DNA from: Felis catus
Lineage: Eukaryota
Assembly (NCBI RefSeq): GCF_018350175.1
Contig: NC_058368.1
Coordinates: 99,078,001 to 99,142,000, forward strand
DNA: 64,000 nucleotides
Direction: 5' to 3'
Part shown: piece after piece, positions 51,978 through 62,701 of the stretch
Layout of the letters: each line of letters starts with the position of its first letter
Numbering within the stretch: position 1 is the first letter of the stretch
Program-made: the position numbers and the translations under genes
The notes under the pieces: model-generated
The model's database searches: none
Told to the model about the DNA's origin: nothing
The model's input: only the letters and a program-made list of their open reading frames with translations

Positions 51978-51990
51978 TATATATATATAG
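51304..51990. repeat. Complex (TA)n-rich minisatellite (TATAG/CTATA/TACA units)
   Basis: About 690 bp of almost pure alternating purine/pyrimidine; units switch orientation. Confidence 0.95.
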
Positions 51991-52696
51991 TCCCTTGGGG
52001 CCACAATTGTACAGCATTCTGGCCTCTTCTTCAGGAGATGTAGAGGTGTTCGACATTTGCAAAAATTGGGTCTTCAGATGAGTGTATAAGCTCCTTTCCT
52101 GGAGATAGTCCCAAGCTGTAGCAAGACCTAGGGACAACACGAAGATAACTTGCCCTGGCACCTCTGTCGCCTCTTGATGTGTGGCCAACCTGAGGCCTGC
52201 CCTTCTGGCTGAAGCTATAAGACAAGTTAGTATTTTTTCACAGTAAGAGTTCAGTTATATTTCTGTCTGCTGTCTGTGCAGTGCCTGGGGGTGGTAGCCT
52301 GTCGAGAACTAACTCTTCAACTGTTTCTGTCCTGTGGGGCCCAGAGAGGCAGGCCTCCCTGACCACCAGAGCCACATAACTGGGTAGGGAGTCTCCTGTT
52401 GGACTGTATATGCCTGCCAGCTTTGGCATGGCAAGGGGAGTGCAGGGCCTGGGCATATGCACTGGATTTAGTTTTAGTGAGGCAGCTGGAGAGCACAGGG
52501 TCAGGGCACATCCACTAGTTAGGGTGCCGTGACTGTGTGTTTGTCAGCACTAGCTGGATGGAAGGGAAGCACAAAAATGGTGAACGCCCGTACCTCTGTC
52601 CTGGAGAGAGTCCCAACAGAGCCCTGTCCCTCTGGCAGATGCTTTAAAGATTAGCAAATGAATCTTCTTCGCAAATAGTCTAAAACAATTTTCATT

Positions 52697-52962
52697 TTTT
52701 CTTTTGTTTTTAAGTGTTTAGTTTTGAGAGAGAGAGAGAGTGAGGGAAGGGCAGAGAGAAAGAGAGAGAGACAAAGAATCTCAAGCAGGCTCCAGGCTCT
52801 GACCTGTCAGCAGAGAGAGAGAGGGAGACAAAGAATCTCAAGCAGGCTCCAGGCTGTGACCTGTCAGCACAGAGCCCAACATGGGGCTCAAACTCAGGAA
52901 CTGCGAGATCATGGCCTGAGTCAAAGTCTGAGGCCTATCCCAAGGAGCCACGCAGGTGCCCC
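52697..52962 (-). mobile_element. CAN-SINE with internal tandem duplication
   Basis: GAGACAAAGAATCTCAAGCAGGCTCCAGGCT(C/G)TGACCTGTCAGCA occurs twice. Confidence 0.93.
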
Positions 52963-53589
52963 TGAGGCACTTGTCAAACACCTGCTTTTGCACTGGGTTC
53001 TGGGGTGAGTCTGCATGTAAAGCCCTTCGAAATCAGATATTCAGTTCCCTGAAGCCCTTCCTGGCTCCTGGATGTAAGCCCTGTTGGTTTTCAAAGCCAG
53101 ATGTTTTGGGGGCTCATCTCTCTCTAGTTCAGGTTGCATGGGTTGGCAAACCTTATGTGGGGCATGAACCCCTTGCTCCTCAGAGAAAAGCTCCATCCAT
53201 GTTCGTGAGATCCCTCCTGACCAGGGCGTGGCATTTTGAATGAGACTGTATCGCTGCCTCCCCCACTTGTCTCAATGTGGCCTTTTTATCCTTTGTTCTG
53301 AAGGAGGTTTTCAGTGGGTTTTCAGGTCTTTTTCAGAGGGAGCTGTTTGCTATGTACCTGTAAATTTGGATTGTCCATGGGAGGGGGCAAAGCGAAGGTC
53401 TTTCTATGCTGCCATCTTGGACTGCCTTATCTGTCTTTATTCCTTTGGTTGTTTCATTTCCTTTTGACTGCTTTTGAAATTATGTTTTCAAAATGACTTT
53501 ATTTTATGTATTGTCTACTATTTTTTTTCAATTCCCTAAGATATATGTCTCTTTATTTCTAACTTCCGGTAGTCTTGGATCATCTCTCT

Positions 53590-54080
53590 GCTCCAAGCCC
53601 CACTTCATCTTGACTTGTAAGATCTTATACAACCTTGCTTTCCTTTATTTCCCTCACTTAGGTTCCAAGTCCCTTGCCCTGATTTTCCCAATTCCAGGAT
53701 ACCGCTCCTTGGTGTTTTCGGAACATAGCAAGCATGTTCTTGAGAGACTTGGCCGTTTTCTTTTGCTGGAGTGTTTTCCCCTCAGATGTCCACACCCCTG
53801 TCTCACCTCCTTCTGGCCTTTTTCTCAGAAGTCACCATGAAGCCTTCCCTAGCCACCAACTCCACAACTCCACTCCTCTTCCGAAATCTCATGTTCCCCT
53901 TCCTGGTTTCTCTCCTTAGTTATTAACACTACCTGTACACTATTCCACTTTTTTACCTTGATTATGTGTTTCCTACTAGAATAAAAAATTCTTAAAGAGA
54001 TTTTGTTTTTTCACTACTTTATCTCCAGCACCGGATACAGAGTAGGAGTTCATTAAATAGCATTAAACAAACAAATGGAT
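53590..54080 (+). mobile_element. LINE-2 3' part
   Basis: Pyrimidine-rich body ending CTACTAGAATAAAAA...TTCACTACTTTATCTCCAGCACC...CAGAGTAGGAGTTCATTAAATAG. Confidence 0.7.
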
Positions 54081-54151
54081 AGAGGAATTAGGGATCTTTT
54101 AAATTTTATTTTCCAAATATTGTATTTAAGTATTATTTTTTCACCTTCAGA

Positions 54152-54364
54152 TTTTTTTTTTCAACGTTTATTTATTTTTGGGACAGAGAGAGACAGAGCA
54201 TGAACGGGGGAGGGGCAGAGAGAGAGGGAGACACAGAATCGGAAACAGGCTCCAGGCTCCGAGCCATCAGCCCAGAGCCCGACGCGGGGCTCGAACCCAC
54301 GGACCGCAAGATCGTGACCTGGCCGAAGTCGGACGCCCAACCGACTGCGCCACCCAGGCGCCCC
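54152..54364 (-). mobile_element. Young felid CAN-SINE (SINEC_Fc-type), forming the 3' end of a larger retroposed insert
   Basis: Near-consensus and CpG-rich; no TSD at its own 5' end. Confidence 0.97.
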
Positions 54365-54628
54365 AGGTGTCATCTTTAAATAAGAGGAGCCAGAAGCTCT
54401 GCATGAAAATCCTGATGGACACTGAGTAATGCATTGAATTGTTGAATCATTATATTGTACACCTGAAACTTGGTTTCTAGAGAACTCTTGAAGCTTGGGT
54501 TTTCGGAAAGAAGACACTGAGGCAGAGTTTAGCATGCAGATTGCTTTTTAGAGCAGGCCCTCTGGATTGACACCTGCTGTTACTCTCAGCACAGGAGAGG
54601 ACATGATGCCAGTAGTGGAATCTCCTCC
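54152..54628 (-). pseudogene. Retrocopy of an apparently spliced non-coding transcript ending in a SINE
   Basis: TSD CCTTCAGATTTTT at 54144-54156 and 54629-54641 encloses the SINE plus ~265 bp. L1 endonuclease site TTTTT/AA at 54637-54643. The extra sequence is a patchwork with AG-ended junctions. Confidence 0.75.
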
Positions 54629-55107
54629 CCTTCAGATTTTTAACTTGAACACATTCTTTTTCATAATCCCATGTTTTATTTCTGACGGCTTTCTCTACCA
54701 TTTAATTTTATTGCTGTAATAGTTTCCCTCCTCTTTCTGAAGCTCTTAGCCATTTTTTAAACACTTTTCTTCTGATTATTGCTAGTCTTGAACTTCCTTT
54801 AATTTATTTTTTTGTTTTGTTCTCAGAAAACTACATGGGGCACTAAAATAGCTGATTGGAAGTTTCTGCACATGCTGTTGCTTGTGGATTACCAGGATTC
54901 ATTGTAGAATATTATGGCTAGATTCTTTTTGTTTTTTTATTGTCAAATACAATAAGTATTTTTTAAGTTTTTCTCTGGGACTGGTAAAGTTCCCTAGTGA
55001 GGACTTATTCCCTCTAGTACCTAAAAGGTATAACTGACTGCCAATGTTCTCAGATCAAATAGAGGAAGGATATAGCATCTCACCATTTGATTGGAAGAAT
55101 TTTCTTT

Positions 55108-55300
55108 CCTTTTTTAAAATTTTATTTTAGAGAACGTGTAAGCAGAGGAGAGGAGCAGAGGGAGAGACAGAGAATCTCAAGCAGGCTTCATGCTGACAGC
55201 ACGGAGCCCAGTGCCAGGCTTGATCCCACGACCCTGGAACCATGACTTCAGCCTAGATCAAGAGTCAGAAGTCCAACTGACTGAACCATTCAGGTGCCCC
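55108..55300 (-). mobile_element. CAN-SINE
   Basis: Perfect TSD GGAAGAATTTTCTTT at 55093-55107 and 55302-55316. Confidence 0.95.
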
Positions 55301-55764
55301 AGGAAGAATTTTCTTTAATATCCTTCTATATTGTTCCACATCCTCAATGGGAGCCATGTTTTTTCCTAATTCCCCATCTCCCTTGCTATAGTTCTCTAGA
55401 GAGGAAAATTCTGCTTTTATTATGACTGGAGGAAGTTGTTTTCTTACTTCTGAGATGGGGAAGGGATCTATAACCCAGCTTCAGAGAGTTATGTTGCCAG
55501 AAACTCCTTAGTTTTTCTGTGATTCTTTGGTATGGTTTGCTCTGTATGTCTTCAATGGCTAGTTTAGAATCTGGCTTTCTCAGTCTCCATCATCTGCTAC
55601 TAATTTGTCTGTTATTCAGATTTCAGATTTCACTTGATGATCATGTTTCCTGCTCCTTGTCCTTTTTTATCTTTTTTTTCCCCCCTTAAATATCTCTGGT
55701 GTAATTTCAGCAGGGACCAGAGAAAAATATGTGGTTCATTTTATTCATTCAAAATGGTAAAACT

Positions 55765-55960
55765 GGGGCTCCTGGGTGGCTCAGTCGGGTAAGCATCCAG
55801 CTTTGGCTCAGGTCATGATCTCATGGTTTATGAGTTCAAGCCCCACGTGGGGTTCTCTGCTGTCAGTGCAGAGCCCACTTGGGATCCTCTGTCCCTCTCT
55901 CTGTATCCCCTTCTCCTATTTGGTCACTCTCTCTCTCTCAAAAAATAAATAAAAACATAA

Positions 55961-55999
<39 letters not shown>

Positions 56000-56000
56000 A
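55765..56000 (+). mobile_element. CAN-SINE with (TAAA)n tail
   Basis: TSD AAATGGTAAAACT at 55752-55764 and 55998-56010. Confidence 0.96.
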
Positions 56001-56456
56001 TGGTAAAACTATTTAAAGAGTTTATATTTTGCATTGTTAATGAGCTATTTTAATATGCCTGATGCATAATAACTTTTAGTTAAGATAATTAAACCAAAAG
56101 AAGAATTTGGGTCACTTACTTTCCCATATTTCTTATTTAGAAGAAAGTGAGTTATCACAATAGAGGGGGGATAAAATATAATTTTAGTATATCAAAAGGC
56201 CAGGATATGAGCCATGGCTGTGCCATGAATTCCGTCCTCAGGCATTTCTCTACCTTACTGGTCCTTGGTTTCCTACTCCTTTAATTGATAGGTTTAGATA
56301 ACTAGTCTCTAAGATCATTCTGGAATAAATATTTTGATTTTTATTCATATAAATAGGGTTCCATTGGTTTGTATGTTTTAGCACAGATTCCACTGAATCA
56401 CTCCCAATATATGTAAACTGATTATATTGGGATGCCACTTTATCGGGATTATTTCT

Positions 56457-56776
56457 ATTGTTGAGAGAGAGAGGGAGAGAACATGAACTGGGGAGGGACT
56501 GAGGGAGAGGGAGGGAGAGAGAATCCCAAGCAGGCTCCCCATTGTCAGCATGGAGCCCAAGTGGGGCTAGATCCTGCAACCCTGAGATCATGACCTGAGT
56601 GGAAATCGAGTGGAAAATGAGCATGAGCAGGGGAGGGGCAAAGAGAGAAGGAGAGAGAGAGAGAATCTCAAGCAGACTTTGAGCTCCATGCTGAGCCCAA
56701 CATGGGGCTAGATCTTGTGACCATGAGATCATGACCTGAGCTAATACTTAACCAACTGAGCCATCTAGGTGCCCCC
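56457..56776 (-). mobile_element. Dimeric CAN-SINE
   Basis: Two partial monomers (~56457-56610 and ~56617-56776) between TTATCGGGATTATTTCT and TTATCAAGATCATTTCT. Confidence 0.85.
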
Positions 56777-57068
56777 TTATCAAGATCATTTCTGACTGTA
56801 TTTTATTGGGTATATTAGGACTGAGTTCTGATGTTTGCTTCTCTGTAGCAATACTGGAAAGAATTTAATCAGCCTCAGCAAAATTTGCTGTGTTCACAGG
56901 CCCTCTTGAAGTTGTTATTTGTCAGATGAAAACAGACATCATTAGATGTAGACTGTTACTTAGCGATCATCCATCCAACCTCCTCCTTTCATAGAGGAGG
57001 AAACTTAGTCCTATATAGTTGGCCCTCAGTCAACATAGGTTTGAAATGAGCAGCTTCACTTGTACCCA

Positions 57069-57672
57069 TTTTTGTTTTTTAAAAGTTAACAGCAAGCAAA
57101 ACCACAAGGCATTTATTTACAGCTGCCTACCCGTCTCCACAGGACCAAACTGAAGGCAACTGATACAGAGGTTGCAAAACTTGAGTACCTAGGGAGGCCC
57201 ACCAGGCCATCAGCAGCCTCTGGAGGTCCCTGGACCAGGCAGGGCTGTAGTCCGCCCCACTGGCTCACAGGGTGGTCACGTTGCATGTCTGAGGCTCGGG
57301 GGCAGGAGGCGGGACTGAAGTGGGTGAACATGCCCAGAGGGCACAGATGGTACTGCACACTAGCCCTGAGCCCCCAGGCGCCTTTGCCCCCTGAGTTTTT
57401 CATGTCCCAGAGCAGCTACGGGCCTACGATCCGCCCTGAGTGACACCTCAGCCTCCTGGCCTCCTTAAGACTATAGTCGCTGGTGGCCACAAGTTGGTGG
57501 TACATCTCCTGAGAGATGGAGTAGCTATATTCCTGTAGGCCACTGTTGCCATCTGTGGGCCCGTTCTGGAAGAAGCTGCTGGTGGGCAGAGGCCACCAGG
57601 CCGTGGAGCATCACCATCCTGGGGTGAGGCCTGCCACCACACCTGATCCTGTCCCAGAGGGGTGACCTGGCC
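57069..57672 (-). pseudogene. 5'-truncated processed copy of an unidentified GC-rich mRNA (putative CDS end plus 3'UTR)
   Basis: Abrupt GC-rich island; poly(A) remnant 57069-57080; AATAAA on minus at 57112-57117; degenerate TSD CACTTGTACCCA (57057-57068) / CACCTATACACA (57673-57684), after which the Tigger sequence resumes. Confidence 0.8.
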
Positions 57673-57903
57673 CACCTATACACAGACTTTTTTCAATAAC
57701 TAGAAGTATAGTACTGTAAATGTATTTTGTATTCCTTATGATATTATTACCATTTTCTTTTCTCTAGCTTACCTTCTGTAAGGATACAATATATAATACA
57801 CATAAAATCTGTGTTAATTGATAGGGTTATTGTTAAGGCATTATAGTCAAAAGTAGACTCTTAGCAGTTAACTTTTTAGGGAGTCAAAAGTTATATGTGG
57901 ATT

Positions 57904-58094
57904 GTTTTTAGTGTTTATTTATTTGGGTGACAGAGCATGAGCAGGGGAAGGGCAGAGAGAGAAAGAGAATCCCAAGCTGGCTCCACACTGTCAGCATGGA
58001 GCCCAGTGTGGAGCTCAAACCTGCGAACCGTGAGATCATGACCGGAGCTGAAATTGAGTCAGACGCTTAACAGACTGAGTTACATTGGCACCCC
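57904..58094 (-). mobile_element. CAN-SINE in Tigger
   Basis: SINE body on minus. Confidence 0.93.
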
Positions 58095-58102
58095 TACATG
58101 GA

Positions 58103-58315
58103 TTTTTAAAAAAATAGTTGTTTTTGAGAGAGAGAGAGAGAGCATGCACGTGCAGGGGAGGGACAGAGGCAGGTGGGCAGGGTGGACAGAGGATCTGAAG
58201 CAGGCTCCGTGCTGGTCACAGACAGCCTCATGCGGGGCTTAAACCCACTAACCGTGAGCTCATGACCTGAGCCACAGTTGGACGCTCAACCTACTGAGCC
58301 ACCCAGGCGCCCCCC
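58103..58315 (-). mobile_element. CAN-SINE in Tigger
   Basis: SINE body on minus, adjacent to the previous one. Confidence 0.93.
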
Positions 58316-59187
58316 ATATGTGGATTTTTGACTGCGTGGGGAATAAGCAACCCTAACCTCTGCCTTGTTCAAGGGTCATCTGTATAGTGCTCTTGATTGC
58401 TTACCAACATAGTGAGATTTAATTAAACAGTACTGCTAAGACCTGAGCTCTTATTATTCCAAATCATAGCACATGAAAGATTCTGTCACTGCTGTTGTTG
58501 TTTTCATTTTTTTCACTTTGTTTTATTGTGTTTTTGTTGTGTTCTGTTTAGTTTTATTGGCCCAGACAGTGATGTTAAATAGGGCTCAATACTGCCCACC
58601 TTGACTCAGCTCTTAAACTGGTAATTAGGTTTGGATTCTCAACAGTAGCCACACAGCTTACTCATTCCTGTAGGCATGTTTTACTTTTCCATTATTATAT
58701 ACTGATTCAGCATATTAATCCATAACTTCACCTCTTTTTTTGTTGAGACACTATCAAAGCATAGTGAAAGGGAGCTTACCAGACAACAAAATGTTCTCAT
58801 CAGAAATTGTAGATGATAGACCGCTAAAGAAAATGAGAATCCTTGTTAAAACATTAAAGACTACTGTCCTTAGATTTGTCCAATAACTAGAATTATAGTA
58901 AAGAAATAATACTTTAGAATTTTTACTTTCTCAGAATTTTATTGCTTATCAGTTGTATATAGAAAATGATTTATTTGCTTTAAGATTTATGTATATATTT
59001 TCCTTTCAGAGTAAAAATAATCTTCAAGACTAGGTATTTTCAATGGTAACATGAAAGCTAGGGGTTTGGAATGTGGAGGGAACGATTCAGTTTTACTGAA
59101 AACAGAAGTGCCCTATGACATAATTTACCACAGAGTAGCTCTTTTCCACACATAATAATACTCATTTGGGAGATTTCTTTATTGCCA

Positions 59188-59310
59188 CTTTTATTTTTTT
59201 TTTTAATTTTTTATTCTTTTAAGTAGGCTCTATACCCAACGTGGGGCTTGAACTCTTGACCTGAAGTTCAAGAGTCACATGCTCGGCTGACTGAGCCAGC
59301 CAGGTGTCCC
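59188..59310 (-). mobile_element. Short CAN-SINE
   Basis: Minus: GGGACACCTGGCTGGCTCAGTCAG...GAGTTCAAGCCCCACGTTGGGTATAGAGCCTACTT plus A-tail. Confidence 0.9.
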
Positions 59311-61338
59311 TAGGAATTGTTTTAAACATGCAGTGAACTGCATCAATTCCATGAGGAATGCCACTAAAAGTGTTAGATTAGGAATCAATAAGCATTAGTA
59401 AACCTACTCATTTTCTTCAAATGTCTAGGAAGTGCCCCATTAGATTTTGTGTATTCAATAAGAAATCTGAACATTTAGAAAAGTTTTACATGAAAACATT
59501 TTTTAGCATAAAGGTTTTTAAATTCATAAATTAAACTTTTCATTTTGGCCATGACAGCAGTTCTTTTGATGATGCATTCTGCTCTTGAAAGTTAGAAACA
59601 AATGCCTCATCTTCTATAGTAGAGATAAAAATGATAATCCCACATTCCTACTTTTTCTTAAGTAACTCAAGTCATAAATTAAACTTTTCAATAAAATGTG
59701 GAAAAATAACAGGCTGAATAATTGTACAGTGATTTTACATTTTGGAATTTTTAATCCACCTCATTGGATCCCAGGACTCACAAACTTGTATTATTGATAC
59801 CAAAGTTATAGAACATTCTTGAGTGTTTGCTTCTGTGATGTGGTTCCATGTAAATGATGTAAGTCCTGTCTATTTCATTTGTATTCACTTTTGTTTTTTA
59901 AAGTTTTGCTACTTACAGCTTTATAACAGTTTCTTTTTGTGTTTTTCACTCTTGTGAAGCAGTATGTTTTTTCCTGGTTTTCTTTTAAAAGAGGTCATTT
60001 TCCACTGATAATACAAATCTAACCAAATGGCCAAAGGGAAATAGTAAGAAGGGTCCTAAGGAAGCAGAAAAGAGGTGTAATGGCTACTCCAGCTTACTGT
60101 ACTCATGTAATTTTGTGTATGTTTTTTCATGACATATTCCCCCTCTTTTAGGGTTTCTTAAATCTCTTTTATTCAGATGCAACTGGAGTTCAAATACTAA
60201 AATGAGGAAGTATCCACAGTGGGGAAAGGGAGGATTGTCACGAAAGAAAATAAAAATAGAAGGTTTTTCTGATTGTTAATGGGATACTGGTCCCTCTGTT
60301 TACCAGCACCACTTGCCAGTAAAGGCTGAGTCTTCCCTAAGGCCCTGCTGGTATGGGACTGTGCTGGGGGATGGAAGCAGATTGTGGAAACTTTGTTACT
60401 GCCTTATAACAGCTTCCTGTTTCTTCCTCCAGTTAAAAAAAAATTGTAAAAAGAAAAATTATGTATATAGAAACATCAAAGGTAGCCTTGAGAGGAAGTT
60501 TATAAGCAGTGTATGATCTGAGTGGTATGTGGAAATGCAAGTATCTTAATATTGGATTTCACTAAATTTCACATTCCACGTAGACACCATTCACTTTTTT
60601 TACCCTCTATGCTCAGCACAGGGCCCGGCACTGTCGGTCCTCAGGAGCTGCCATGATTTATTGGGTATCATTTTCATATGCTAGTTAATACCCTGTAGTT
60701 ATCACAACACAGGGAGACTGAGTCATTGCTTTACCCCCTCATCTGCTCATACAGTGAATTTTCACATTTCAAAGTCAGAGGTCTGTGAGATTGCAGGGAA
60801 GACTGCAAGTGCAGGAAGGAATCCATGAGTTAGAGAGATCTATAGTAAAAAGATGAGTGGTGTGTTTTCCTCTGTCCCTTTCATAGCTAGAAACCTTTTT
60901 TTCATAGAACTTGTTTTACATCCTTCTAATTAGGAAAAGAATGTTACATCTTTTATAAAGTTTCCCAGACCTATCACAGACTGTTTAATTAAGATGGCTT
61001 TGTTTAGAGTCAGCAAGTCTACCTGAGTTTTATCGAATAATAATTTCCAGAGGTTGAGCTAAAGCATCTGCATGTTTAGCAGTCCTTCTAGGTATTTCTG
61101 ATAGGTACAGAGTAGGAGAAGGGTAAGTTAGATAAAAGGACAAGTTGAATAGGGAACTGGATGTTTGCGAATGACGACACATGACGAAGGAAAAACATTT
61201 CTGTGTATTTAATGCTTGATAGAACTTTCCATTTGCATTTATACATTTCTCACATGAAGAAAAGTATATAAATGTGAGACTGTGGTCAGTGGTTAGTGAT
61301 AATTTGAACCAAAACATAACGTTAGAAAAAAAATAATA

Positions 61339-61566
61339 GGGGCCGCTGGTGGCTCAGTCAGTTGAGCCTCTGACTTCAGCTTAGGTCATAATCTTGAGGT
61401 TCGTGCCCTTAAGCCCTGTGTCAGGCTCTGTGCTGACAGCTCAGAGCCTGGAGACTGTTTCAGATTCCGTGTCTTCCTCTCTCTCTCTGCCCCTCCTCTA
61501 CTTGTGCACTTGCTCGTGCTTTCTCTCTCTCTCAAAAATAAACATTAAAAAAATTTTTAAGAAAAA
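61339..61566 (+). mobile_element. CAN-SINE
   Basis: SINE head, body and tail. Confidence 0.94.
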
Positions 61567-62512
61567 TATATATTCTGAAGTATATATATTCTAAAAGCAT
61601 ATTCGATAGAGTAAGCTCTATATAAACTAGGATATATGTGAATAAGCAAATATGATCTTTTCCTAAAGAGTAATATCCACTTGAATACGTTGTATTAAAC
61701 ACTTTTTAACCCATATATCTGAAAAATTCGGCCTCAATGAAAAAAATGAGTTGAATGAATTTATGAAGGATAAAACTGATATATAAATAAAATTGTTCTT
61801 TTATGCTTATCTTATAGAAGAAAACATATAAATTGAAAACACACTTTTATTGCAACACCGAGCAAGAAATTTCAAGTTTCACCCTGTGTATGTCTGTGTC
61901 CTTGGGTCTGTCAAGTTGAAGGTATGAAAACATTGAATGAGTTAAATGCTGCCATGGGCAGGAAATTTTTATTATCATGATAGCTGTGGGGCCGGGGTTA
62001 GGGAATAATTTCTCTCTTAAAATCCATCTGTAAGTATGGTAATTTTCCCGAAATATCATTACTGTGTATTTGGAAGTTAATAAAAATGTTAGGGGTAGTC
62101 ACAGAAGCAATAACTCAAACACTTTTCACTTTTTCAGGATTGTTCAGTGATTGGTACCACCATTAAACTTGAATTTAATTTTTCTTTTATGCTGTGGATA
62201 TGCTGAGTTGCTTTTGCTTTGAAGCATTTATCTTTGTCCTAAAACACATTGGTATCCCTTACCTAATACTGGTGTATCTTTGGATTTACTGAGGGATAAA
62301 TGAGCTTGAAAATATATTTAAGGGTAGACATTTTTTATACATGCATAAAAACAGACACAATAGCTGTGGAAATTTATTTAATAATTGCAGATAAATATGT
62401 TAAGAATTGTAGTTCTCCTGATGTGGTAATAAGTATAGGGAAGTGTGCTATCATTAACTCTATTCTCTTTTTTTCCTTTTTCCTTTTTCTCTCTCTCATC
62501 CCTTTTCTTTTC

Positions 62513-62701
62513 TTTTTTTTTTTTAATATTTATTTATATTTAAGAGAGAGACAGAGAGAGAAAGAAACACAGACTCTGAAGCAGGCTCCAGGTTCCCAGC
62601 TGTCAGCACAGAGCCTGACGTGGGGCTTGAGCTCATGAACTGTGAGATCATGACCTGAGCTGAAGTCAGAGGCTTAACCAACTGAGCCACACAGATGCCC
62701 C
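62513..62701 (-). mobile_element. CAN-SINE
   Basis: TSD approx CTCTC(T/C)CATCCC(T)TTTTCT. Confidence 0.95.

Larger units (their letters stand above)
51188..53425 (-). mobile_element. LINE-1 5'UTR-like region (L1M/L1MA9-type)
   Basis: More GC-rich, with motifs typical of old L1 5' ends on the antisense strand (GATGAGTGTATAAGCTCCTTTC; GCCCTGTTGGTTTTCAAAGCCAGATGTTTTGGGGGCTC; TCTATGCTGCCATCTTGGA terminus). Confidence 0.7.
57016..58382. mobile_element. Tigger2a/MER28-type TcMar DNA transposon with nested insertions, itself inside a MIR
   Basis: TIRs TAGTTGGCCCTCAGTCAACATAGG ... CCTTGTTCAAGGGTCATCTG (consensus CAGTTGACCCTTGAACAAC) with flanking TA; MIR-like sequence on both sides (~56950-57013, 58385-58470). 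Confidence 0.85.

Noticed and set aside
51298..52188. Tyr/Ile/His-rich ORFs
   Set aside because: Artefacts of the TA-rich repeat.
54161..54535. 124-aa minus ORF crossing the retroposed insert
   Set aside because: Composed of LTR, L1 and SINE-derived sequence; no evidence of coding function.
59010..59033. Possible 24-nt microexon (ttttcctttcag|AGTAAAAATAATCTTCAAGACTAG|gtattt)
   Set aside because: Splice-like motifs only; weak donor, no neighbouring exons or recognisable peptide. Needs RNA-seq or conservation.
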